NCBI GenBank assembly: GCA_001724265.1
Contig: MEDY01000086.1
Location: 62,001-85,941 of the forward strand
Origin: Rhizaria sp. SCN 62-66
Lineage: Eukaryota
Length of the DNA: 23,941 nt
Direction of reading: 5' to 3'
The position numbers were made by a program, and so were the translations under genes. Positions 11,161 through 21,820 of the stretch are shown one piece after another. A model generated the notes under the pieces. That model did no database searches, was not told where the DNA came from, and saw nothing but the letters and a program-made list of their open reading frames with translations. The first letter of the stretch is position 1. Every line of letters begins with the position of its first letter.

Positions 11161-11678
11161 GCCTGTGTAGCTTATACCTATCAAGCGCAGCTGGAGAAAT
11201 GCAACAACACGTTGTTATTGACCCATTGCTCAAGTTAGGTAGATGCTGTGCAAGTGTGATGCGCATTGGCAGATGCTATATTGGAGTGATATTAATGATA
11301 TATTGAAAGCTACATTAGAAATCTACGATTATTTAGATACACACTTAATTATACAATACCTCACTTTGGATTCTGTACTATATCTAATAGTTTCATTGCT
11401 CTGTACCGCGAAATGTTGGTGTGACTAGAAATCGCGAGAATGCGACCAGAGCCGTTATGAGCGAAGTCGAAAGCGTGCACTCTCGAACCTCTCTGTATTC
11501 CATGCACGGACCGTGTGTGCAATAATCGACGATATAGTGGAATATTACAATTGACTTTAATTATTTTCGTGAAATAATACTTCTTAGAGATCTTGTTGTC
11601 GTGCTGGGGAGCCCTCCAACGAATGCCAAGAGCCCTGCTCTCACGTTTGAATCCTTTCTTTTCCTTTGCAGCGTCGAG

Positions 11679-13040
11679 ATGGCCACAGCTCCCGCTCTGA
11701 CCGCCAACGTTCTTCTTGTCGGTACGCATATTACACTGACTTTATAACGCTTCGCTCCTCTTGTACCAGCTGATTTAAGCTCTGTCTACATTCTCCTCTC
11801 CTCTCTTGATCAATCTCTAAACGCTGCTGTTGTTTCCTCTTCGTTTTGCGTTGCCACGGTGTTGTTCCGACCCCGCAGGCCCCGCCAAGGCCGGCAAGTC
11901 TACCCTTGCCCGCGTTTATCACGGCCGCCCCTACTCCAAGGTCTACGAAATGGTACGTAACCCCACAACACAGCCTACTACGCAAACGGCTTTCGCTACT
12001 CACTGTTGCCACACTCGTACACACTCGCACTCACTGCCTCACTCACACTCTCTCTGTGTCGTTCTGCTGCCTTTTGCAGACCGAGGGCGTGGAGGTTCTC
12101 AACTCCCCCGTCAAGGTCGACGGCACCACGGTCAACCTCATGGTCTTTGACTGCGGCGGCGACACCATCTACGCCGACATGAAGAAACACGTCGTACGTC
12201 GTAACTACAATACGCAGCAAACTACTGTCATAATCGGAACATATCACGCTTACAACTTAGTTCATCAGTTTATGTACTTGTTATTATATTATATTTAAAT
12301 CTAAACCTGTTATGAGTACATCCTCTTAGTGTGTTTATGGCTGTATTTTGCCTCACATGAATCTCTCCCATTCTTCCGTGGTCACGACAATCGCTGTTGT
12401 CATGTTGTCATCTTCCATCTCCCCAGGCGCCCCAAGCGAGCGCCATCGTTGCCTGCTTTGACCTCACCAGCAGCGACTCGCTGCGCGCCGCCCTCGCCCA
12501 GGCCCAGGAGGCCCTCCGTCTTGCCAACACAAGCTCTAGCTCCAGCTCCAATGCCAGTGTCAGTGCCAGTGCGGTGGGCGCTAAGCCGCTGGGGCTGCTA
12601 GTGGGCTGCAAGAACGACCTGCGCGACGTGGCCGAGGTCACGCCGGAGCAGGCGCAACAGGTACGACCATTACGCTTGATCTTGAGCCCCAAGGCGTGTA
12701 ACAATGCTCACAATAACAACAACGCTTTTTAAGAGGAATCCTAACGTGTATATATCGAGTTATAATATTAAAAAGTTAGTATATAACTGTATTGGCACTT
12801 GAATTATCTATATATCGTGCTTTTATCTCGTCAAAGCCTCACTCCATGGATATACCCCGCATTTCATTTCGTGGACTGTGCTTTTAGGCGGCCGACTCAC
12901 TGGGCCTGAGCCTCTTCTGGGCCTCGGCGCAGGACAGCCAGGGCGTGGAGGCGCCCTTCGCGGCGCTGGCCGAGGCCGTGAAGCAGCGCTACCTGGCCTC
13001 CGTGGCCGCCGCCAAGAGCGTCTTCGGCGACGGCCAGTGA
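11679..13040 (+). CDS. IFT27: Intraflagellar transport protein 27 (Rab-like 4 small GTPase), 205 aa
   Basis: Exons 11679-11721, 11879-11952, 12080-12193, 12427-12660, 12888-13040, all GT-AG and in frame. G1 GPAKAGKS, YEMTEGVE, G3 FDCGG, G4 GCKND, G5 WASA. The VEAPF...LA...Y C-terminal helix and absence of a prenylation cysteine fit IFT27. Stop TGA. Confidence 0.85.
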
Positions 13041-13173
13041 GAGGGCCGTTGTGACGTCGCAACAAGCTAATAACCAGTTAGCTTAACGAAGTGCGAGTCT
13101 CAATCCCACTGGTGACTGTTGTGTGACCTCCGGTGACTCCCCTCAGAAGGCGTGAGGCGTAAAGCGGGTGCTC

Positions 13174-13706
13174 TCACTTGTCGCTGTCGTTGTCCGGCTC
13201 CCGCCCTGGCTCGGGCTGCTGTTGTTGCTGCTGCTGAGCAGTGAGGGCCTGGCGCAGGCCATCGACTACAGGAATACAAAACACGTTGAAGTCGGAACAA
13301 AAACGTTAGGCATCCACGATTAACTAAAGTATAATAAATAAACCGAGATATAGTTAATGCAATACAGTGTTATATCTTGTTTATGTGTGAATACGTACTA
13401 TGCGACTGGAAAAGGGCCTGCTGCGAAGCCAAAAAGGCCTTGAGATCGTCCATCTCGGCACGAGCGGCAGTCGCCTCAGCGCGCAGAATCGCAATCTTGG
13501 CGCGTGCCTGCAAGCAAAAACATATAAAACATAATGTAAATAACGTGAAAATCATGAAAAAAGTGCGACAAGAGGACATGACATGGTTGTGTATGAAGCG
13601 TTAGGTGATAAGAACGTACCTCGTCCTTGGTGAGCTTCTGGCCAGGCGTGAGGCCAAGGGCGGTCTCAGCGGCCTCGGTAGTAGAGTTCAAATTAGAATC
13701 AGACAT
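13174..13706 (-). CDS. Small coiled-coil hypothetical protein, 95 aa
   Basis: Exons 13706-13620, 13507-13399, 13265-13174, both introns GTACGT...AG. Joined product MSDSNLNSTTEAAETALGLTPGQKLTKDEARAKIAILRAEATAARAEMDDLKAFLASQQALFQSHIDGLRQALTAQQQQQQQPEPGREPDNDSDK. Stop TGA. Confidence 0.8.
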
Positions 13707-14236
13707 AATGCACCTGAACACAACGGTATGTCAAGCTATAGCACAACTGACAGATGTTTGACGGCGTATGAAGCGGTGAACAAATCGATGGCTTGCAGAC
13801 AATGACCGTGAGCAGATGCAGGGGGCCGAAAAAGGAAAAGGAATTTACGTTTTCCATGATTCACGGCCCAGCGATGCGCGGAGCTTTGAGCTACTTATAT
13901 GCGTTCCCATGTCCATCGCAGCCTCTGATATTGCTGTGAATAACACTGCCCTCTCGTGGAAAATATCCTTTTCAAATTGTGATCTGTTCCCGATCCGTCT
14001 GAATCCCGCACGAGCGTGTCCCTTAAATCCCGACCCCCACTCACTCACATTCTCACCTTCGTTCATATTTGCCGCCCTCTTCTGCTTGACTGCGTCCCGC
14101 TGTCGCTTTCGCGTGCTTTTCTCCGCGTTGCCGCACACTTCGTGTGCATCTTTTCTCCTCCTGCTTGGTCTCTGTCGCGGTTGCTCCCGTTGCCCATCGC
14201 TCTTTGCCACCTTCGTCGCACTCTTCAGTTAGTCGT
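13707..14236. promoter_or_regulatory. Putative bidirectional promoter region (small coiled-coil gene / RPLP2)
   Basis: 530-bp gap between divergent start codons; long pyrimidine-rich tract on the RPLP2 side. Confidence 0.55.
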
Positions 14237-14587
14237 ATGAAGCACATTGCCGCCTACCTCCTCGCCGCCATCGCCGGCAACGAGAAGCCCACCGCCGCCG
14301 ACGTCACCAAGATCCTCGACTCCGTTGGCATCCAGGCCGACGAGGCCCGCCTCAACAAGCTCATCGAGGAGCTCAAGGGCAAGTCCCTCGACGAGGTCCT
14401 TGCTGCTGGTGAGGCCCTCCTCGCCACCGCCCCCGCTGCTGGCGCCGCCAAGTCTGGCTCTGCCAGTGGCTCCGCGAGCGGCTCTGGCTCCGGCTCTGGC
14501 TCTGGCTCCGCCTCTGGCTCTGGCTCTTCCTCCTCGTCTGGCTCCGACGACGGCAAGGGCAAGAAGGCTGGCTTCTCCCTCTTCTAA
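14237..14587 (+). CDS. RPLP2: 60S ribosomal stalk protein P2 with atypical C-terminus, 116 aa
   Basis: MKHIAAYLLA...PTAADVTKILDSVGIQADEARLNKLIEELKGKSLDEVLAAG is the P2 N-terminal domain. Strong C-ending codon bias as expected for a highly expressed gene. Ends GFSLF-TAA. Confidence 0.95.
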   Translation: MKHIAAYLLAAIAGNEKPTAADVTKILDSVGIQADEARLNKLIEELKGKSLDEVLAAGEALLATAPAAGAAKSGSASGSASGSGSGSGSGSASGSGSSSSSGSDDGKGKKAGFSLF

Positions 14588-15083
14588 GCAAAACACTCCA
14601 TACTATCGGGTGTTACCACGCTCAAAACGCTATTGTAACACACGTTGTACGCTGTGGCAGCTCGCTGTCGGTGGTGCGCCGCGCGTGTGAAGTAGCGAAC
14701 GGACGAAGGACGGACGGTGGATCTTAACACGGTACTGGTCGCTGCGCAACAAGACTCTTGCTGCGCCGCACTAATGCTCATGTCGACTCTCTAAAAGCGG
14801 GGCGGGATTGCTAATAATACATTCTACACTCTGCTTTTACATGAATCACAAACAAATTTTCACGATATATATGTTTCTATCAATACTTCCTTATCATAAG
14901 TACTCATAACACTCGCTCTGACTCTTATCTCGTAATTGATGTTTGTAAATGGTATACTCTTGTTTATGGCCTAATATCTCGTCATGAGTTATTAATGAAT
15001 CACAAAAAAATGTGTACATAAGTGAACAGCGCAGTCACACGACGATTGTAATTGACAGTAACGGCCTGACATATTGCTGTGGT

Positions 15084-15116
15084 GGCACTTACATATCGAG
15101 AGGCACTTACATATCG
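15084..15116. repeat. 15-bp direct repeat GGCACTTACATATCG x2 just 3' of the large minus-strand gene
   Basis: Copies at 15084-15098 and 15102-15116. Confidence 0.85.
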
Positions 15117-15122
15117 TTGCTC

Positions 15123-18100
15123 TCATTGTTGCTGGTTACTGAGCGACTGCTGCAGCAAATCGTGCCACTCCTGCACCGACAACGCCCCGCCAGCACTCCC
15201 ACTTGCACTCACACTCGCACTAGCGCTGCTACTGCTGCGGCTGTTGTTGTTGCTGCTGCTGCTGTTGTCATTGCCGCGCTCGTTAGCAATCATGCCCATA
15301 AAGAACTCTGCAACGCGAGCATAGTCGCCCCCGCCGCCACCGCCGCTGGCCGGGTGACCGTGGGCACCGCGAGTACCGCTGGTGCCCTGGCCCTGCTGCT
15401 GCTGTGCGTCTAAGTAGGCTGAGAAGGCCTCGGCAGCCGTCTGCGTCTCTGCCTCCTCCTCCTCGTCGTCGTCGCCGTCGTCGTTAGCGTCGTCACCTTT
15501 GATGTCAGTGCGAGCATTACCCCGGCCTCGGCGGCCGCCGCTACTGCGAATGCTGGCGTGACTGCCGCCGCCGCCGCCGACGACGCCGCCGTTGTTGTTG
15601 TTCTTACGGCCGATGGCGTTGAGTTGGCGCATGAACGCGCGCATCGCCGCCCCGTGAGGGTCAGTCCCATCATCGTCACCGTGAGTGTAACCAGTGTCAT
15701 CGGCGTCGTCGTCGTCGCCGTCGCCGTCAGCAGCGGCGGCGGAGGCCTTGGCCCTGGCGGCGTTGGCCCGGGCTGCGGAGATCACAGCGGAGCCGCCGCC
15801 GACCCACTTTGCCATGGCGTTTGCCTTGGACTTGGCGTTGGCAGCAGAGATGTCGGAGCCGGTGTACCCAACGTAGCCATCCTCGACGTCGTCGACATTA
15901 TTGTTCTTACCGTAGCTATCACCGTTGTCATCATCGTCGTCGTCGCTACTAAGGTCGTAGCCACTGCTCTCTTCCCCTGCCTCATCGTCGTCATCGTCAC
16001 CGTCGTCTTCGTCGTCACCGCCATCGCCACCATTAGCGGCATGGTTATGAACATCAGCATTACCTTGCTGCTGTTGCAGCTGCTTGTGCTGCCGCAGCCA
16101 TTGCTTCCTGAACTCCCTCTCTTGCTCCTCCTTCTCCGCCGCAGCCTGGACCTGCTTCGTGAACAGCATCGTTTCGGTCAGCGCCCGTTGCGAGGCCGCG
16201 TCCAGCTGCCGCGGCACGAACGGCAAACGCGCAGGCTCTTCAAGTTTAGCCGCGTCGGCGTCGGGAAGCTTAGCCGCGTCTGAGTTCGCGTTGTGGCTGT
16301 CAGTCATGGCTGAACTCTGAGCGTGAACGTGGTTCTTTGCAGTGAAGCTTGTGGTTGGAGTTGTTTGGAAAGCAGCGAAATCCCGGTCGATGTCAACAAT
16401 GCCGTTGAGAGTCCTGTTGCTGACGGCTGCGGTGGCAGCAACAAACAGTGCCCTATCATCGTCATCATCGTCATCGTCGTTGTTGTCTTCATCGCCGTTG
16501 TTGACAACGGTGATCTTTGCACTGCGAGTGATGTGACTTCGACCAGGAGTACTGCCATTTGCAGCATTCGCAGCAGCCGCAGAAGCAGCAGGGGCAGCAG
16601 CAGCGGCAGCGGCAGTGGCGGCGGCAGTGAGCCTAGAGAGAGCTTGTGTGAACTCGGCGTCAGCCTCGGCGTCAGCCTTGGTCTTGGCCTTCGTCTTTTG
16701 CGTCGTGACCCCCGCGTTGGCCTTGCTAGCGCTGTGAGAGGCGCCAGCTGACGTGTAAGTAGCAGTGTTGGGCTCTAAAGGGGGAGGACCCGCGTCGTCG
16801 TCATCGTCACCGTCATTGTCGCCCATCGCAGAGTGGGCCTTGCGAGTCTTGGTCTCGGCCTCCGCCTCCGCCTCGGCCTCTGCCTCTGCCCGGGCCCGTG
16901 CAACCTCGTTCGCAGAGTCCGCAAAGGGGTCGTCTTCGGCGGCCAGAGACGACGACATGTTGCTGAACGCCTTAATTAAAGCCGCCTTGGCTTCGGCATC
17001 GAGCCATGCAGGGGGCTCGTTTGACTGAGCCTTAGACTTAGACTTCGCGGACTTGCCCTTGCCCTTAAACTCGTCCTCGTCGTCTAAGGGGCTCTTAGTG
17101 ACGTCAGCGCCGTCCTTAAGCCACTTGTTGACCGTGGCCAGCAGGTCGCTCGGAAGCTTCGTCTCACTCTCACGACCATTGCCGTTATCGCTATCACTCG
17201 CGTCGTCGTCGATGTCGCCGTCGCCGGTCATCAAATTGTGGCGGCGGGGCTTCCGCGTGCTCTTAGCAGCGGTCTTCGCTGTCTTCGTCTTCGAAGCAGC
17301 CTTAGACGCGCTCTCGGCAGCATCATTGCGCTCGCTGTCACTGTCACCGCCGCCGTCGTCATTGCTGTTCTGACGCCTTCGCTCCTCGCGCCGCTCAGCT
17401 CGCCGCTGCGCACGGTCGGCGGCGGCCACGGCGGCCCTCAGCGCTGCCGCCGCAGCTGGCGGCAGCGCCCGCGAGGCCGCCGCCACCAGCGTCTCCCCGG
17501 GGGGCAGCCAGGACCGCGGCAGACGGGCCTGGGCGCGCGCCATGGCCGCGGCCATAGCGGCCTCATCAACATCATCAGCATCAGCAGCAGCAGCAGCAGC
17601 GGCGGCGGCGGCGCCAGTGTCTGCGATGTCAGTCATCGCGTCTGCATGAGCATTCGGGGCCGCACTAGAGTCTGTAGCAAAGGTGTTGTTGTTGTTGATG
17701 TCCACAAAAGGAGCGAATGTGGGCATTGGCGGCGCAAGCATTGGACCGAAAAAGGACGGGTCACTGTAAAAAAAGTTGTCACCGAACTCGTTGTTGCTAA
17801 CCGCGTTAGCAGTGTTGTTGTTGCTGTTAATAATGATGCCAGCAGCAGCGGCAATAGCAGGGTCAATGGTACTAAGATCCACAGCAGCAGCGCTGGTGTT
17901 ATTCGAGAACACCATGGAAGGCAGCTGGAAGGGAGTTGAGATAAGGGTCGTGCGACTCGTGATATCAGAGTCAACTGCTGCAGCAGAACTGCTAGCGTTA
18001 ACGGTGTCGTGAGACAACATAGCAACAGCAGCGTTACTTTGTTGTTGGCTTAACAGACTGCCTTGTTGGCTCAAGAGAAGCTTCGTATCAGCGTCAAACT

Positions 18101-20414
18101 CAGGCTTTGGCAGCTGCGGCAGCTTCATGGCCATCAACACGTCATACGACGGAGTCAAAACGAAGCCAATATCACTCGTAGCAGCGTTCGCAGCGTTAGG
18201 AGCAGTCACATTCGCCTCAGTCTTGACAGTTGTCTTTCGGCTCTTGTTCGCGTTGATCGAAGCATTATTGGCAACCGCGTCGCTAAAGGCCTTGCTATAG
18301 TTATTGTCGGTGATGGTGAAGGCCTCAGTCACCGCAGCGGCGGCCTCGGCGTCCCGCTTCGCCTCCCCCTCCAGGCCAAACAACTGGAACCGCTTCTGCT
18401 GCCACTCCGCAGCGGCGTCCGGGGTGACAAGCGCAGTCTCGGCCAAAGTACGCCCCTCGGGCAAAACAGCGCCCTCAGCATCAGCATCAGCATCAGCATC
18501 AGCGTCAGCGTTCGCGTCAGCGTTCGCGCGAACGTGCGCACTCTTCGTGTGGGCCTTGGCAGCGGCGCGCGTCTTGGCGGACTCCGCGGCCTTGGCCTTC
18601 ATATGCTGCGCGATTTGCTCCGTGAGCGCAGCAATCGTCTCGGCCTGCTCGCTCCCGGAGACCGATGGCGGCTTAAATTCCGTGTAAGTACCACTTAGAC
18701 CGCCGTCCTGGTCGTCCTCCAACGCAGTCGCGTCGGCGCGGATCGCGTCATGAGGGTTTTCGCTATTTTCGCTGTTGTTGTTTTTGTTTTTCTTGGCGCG
18801 GACAAGACGCGGATTAGTCGCAGCGTCGGCGGCGGCGGCCGCCGCAAGAGCAATGGCCAGTGCCTCGGCCTTGGTCTCAGCCTCAGTCTTGACAATCCCG
18901 GCGCTCGCACTCGCAAAGTCGGTGTCATCGGCCACAGTCGTGTTTGAGCTCGAACTAGAGCTACGACTGTTGTTGCTGCTGCTGCTGCTGGTGTTGTTGC
19001 TGTTGTTGTTGACGTTATTGTTGTTGACGCTGTTGACGCTTGCGACGGAAGGGAGGTAGTCGTCGTCGTCATCGTCGTCGTCGTTGCGACTGCTCTTGGC
19101 GCCCTTACCCTTGCTCCCACCGGCAGTCACCTTGCCGCCCGCACTGGTGCGGGTGCGACTGGAGCTCGAGCTGTTGGGGCTAGAGGCAGTCTTGGTGAAG
19201 TCAAACGCGGAAGCTGCTGCCTTTCGCTGTTGTTGCTGCTGTTGCTGCTGTTGCAGCAGCTCAGAGTCCTGGTGTTGCTTGTGCAGAGCCAAGACCTTCA
19301 TCGCCACTTCCCACTCGTCGGCGTCGTCTAAGGAGGTGCTTACACCGACACTGGCACTCGCGCTGTAAGGGGCGGTTGCTGCTGCTGCGGTGCTACTGAC
19401 ACCGAGGTTCGCGACGCCGTGCGCCATCATCCGCACACTTACATCGTCGTCTATGTAAGTACCAGCGCGGTAAGCAGTCTCGGCCTCAGCACCAGCCGCC
19501 GCCGCAGGCGCAAGGTCGTAGAGCGCGGCAGTGCCGTCCCGAGCCGCCTCGAGTGCGTCAGCCCACAGGCCGGCCTGGCGCGCGCTTACACCAGCTAAGG
19601 GCGCTCCGAGCCTGTGTAAGGGCGCGCCGAGCTGTGCATCGAGCTCGTTTTGAGCGGCGAGGAACGCGACGCCCGCGCGGGCCTGCTGCTCCTGCCGCTG
19701 CGCCGCCAGAGAAAGCACGCGGGCAGTCTGCGTCTCCGTCTCGGCATCCGTGTCGGTCATCGCGCCCGCCTTTGCAGGCGCAGGCTAGTTCGAGGTCGAG
19801 GTCGAGGTCGTGTGGGAGCTGCTCGCGAGGGAGGCCAACAGGGGATTAGAGCGCTGGCGCGGCACGAAGTTGAAGTCGACGGCATCGCCATCGTCGTCGC
19901 CGTCGTCGCCGTAGCCGCCGCCGAGCGCAGTCAGGCTGGCAGCATCAGCGTCGGCGTCCGGACTGGGGTTCCAGTCGCCGTTGCCATTGCGGGTACGGGC
20001 AAAGGCGTTCGTGTTGTTCGCGGCGGCAGCGGCAGCGGCGTCAGCAGAGGCGCGGGCGGCGGCGCGTGAGGCTGAGAAGGCGTCGCTGTTGTTGCTGCTG
20101 GTGCTGACAATGTTGCTGAATGTCACCCTCTTCGTCGTTGATGTAGCAGGCTTGCTGCTGCCGGTGGAGGCGCCAAAGCTAGGAGCGGAAGCAAAGCCGC
20201 TAGCGCTAAGGGGAGAGCTAGAGCTGGCGCCAAAGGCGAAGCTTGACTGGGTTGCAGCAGTAGTGCCAAATCCAGCGCCAGCAGTTTGGCTGACGCCGAA
20301 GGCAGTGCTTGCCGGGAGACTACTGCTGGCTGCGGCGGAGGGCTCCGGCTTGACTGCGGGGGCCGGGCGGGGCTCGGGCTTGACTGCCGGGCCGCTCCGG
20401 GGGTGGCCGCTCAT
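15123..20414 (-). CDS. Large low-complexity, acidic/Ala-rich hypothetical protein; 1763 aa if the in-frame TAG at 19787-19785 is decoded, otherwise 1545 aa from ATG 19760
   Basis: ORFs 20414-19785 and 19760-15123 share one frame and are separated only by TAG plus 8 sense codons. GC and codon style are uniform across the junction. Stop TGA. No recognisable domain. Confidence 0.75.
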
Positions 20415-21132
20415 GCAATCAGTCGCAGCAGCACGGTGCAGTAACGCGGCAGAGTGATAAGGGCGCGCGCAGAGAAGGGAGCGGGGGCGGGGACTGGGGC
20501 GGCTTGGTGATGAACGCAAGCGAGGGTAGTCTGCGGGATAGACGTACCTGCCTTGCCTCTAGACAAGTTATAACCAAAAAAAGAAAAAGAAATTATGAGT
20601 TCTAGTCAATGAACACTGTTTTGATTTCACAGAGGTTGCTTAAGAGTTGATACTTGCGAGGAATGACGTGCCACCGAGGCCGATGCGATTGGCGCGGTTC
20701 TCTGAAGTCGCGAAAAATCGGAACTGCGGACTCATAGAGTGGCGCCATCGCTCCGTCAGTGGCACTATGACTACGCTCCTATGATACAATAGCATGTATT
20801 CTATATTTGTTCGTTTACATTGTTTGAACTAGGGATTATCTATACCACTTCCGAGTACCAATTCGCCCTCGCCTCCGCATTCCTGTCTGACACCCCGCCA
20901 GCAAACACCACAAACTGTTCGACCACGCTCGACCACTATATTATATCAACATTTTATTGTCATATCTCACACGCCAATTACGTAGTCGATTCGTTTATTG
21001 CTTTCTTTTGTCACAACTCCTCTTTGCTCCACTGAAAACAGACAACTCCACTCTTCCTCTCCCTCAGCCCCAGGTCACATCGGCACACCAGCAGCAGCAG
21101 CAGCAGCGCTTCGCAGCCCAAGCCTCAGCAGC
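20415..21132. promoter_or_regulatory. Putative bidirectional promoter region (large protein / 280-aa protein)
   Basis: ~720-bp gap between divergent start codons; contains CGATTGGCG (20686-20694) and TGACGTG. Confidence 0.5.
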
Positions 21133-21772
21133 ATGTCTTTCCTCGGCGTCTCCGGCTCCATCACCCTCGCGGGCGGGCCCATCTCGGCCACGGCCCCCGT
21201 TTCGGCCTCGTTTCCATGCTCTGATTTCGCCGCCGCGACCTCGTTCCCGGCCTCGGCGCCACCGAGCGTCTCCGCCGCGCTCGCCAAGACCCGCAACGGC
21301 AACGCCGACCCGAGCAACGGGGCGGGGGCCGCGATGGGCGAGGAGCAGCAGCAGGCGGAGGACGAAAAGACCCTCAACTCCTACGTCGCCACCGACGCCT
21401 ACACCTCCTCTCTCATCCCTACTAACAACGGCAACGCGAGCAGCAACACCACCAGTACCACTCAGAGGACGGCCACCGCGGCCTCGCTGCTGCAGCTGAC
21501 TCACGCGCTGGCCGCCGCGCGCGCCTACAGCGACAAGGTCCTCACGGAGCTGCTGACGGCGCAAATGCAAGCCGCCGGCCGGCTGCCTGCCGCCAGCAGC
21601 AGCAGCACGGGCAAAGTGACGCTCGGACAGGTGCGTCCCCCCAGCAAGCGGCATACTGTGATATATCTCGTCATATTCGCACAAAACGGTGAATATTTCT
21701 TACTATTCGTATTTTTTCTAGTGATATTCGACTTGAAATTTGTTTTATTTCTCCAAACTCACATTTTTTTGC

Positions 21773-21820
<48 letters not shown>

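Noticed and set aside
9454-11184. 576-aa minus-strand poly-Leu ORF
   Set aside because: Antisense shadow of the CAG/CAA-rich kinesin exon. The other overlapping ORFs in the track over GC-rich exons are treated the same way.
15084-15116. Duplicated GTAAGT donors (minus strand) extending the large gene
   Set aside because: They lie downstream of the TGA stop and differ from the GTACGT donors used here; best read as a small 3'UTR duplication.
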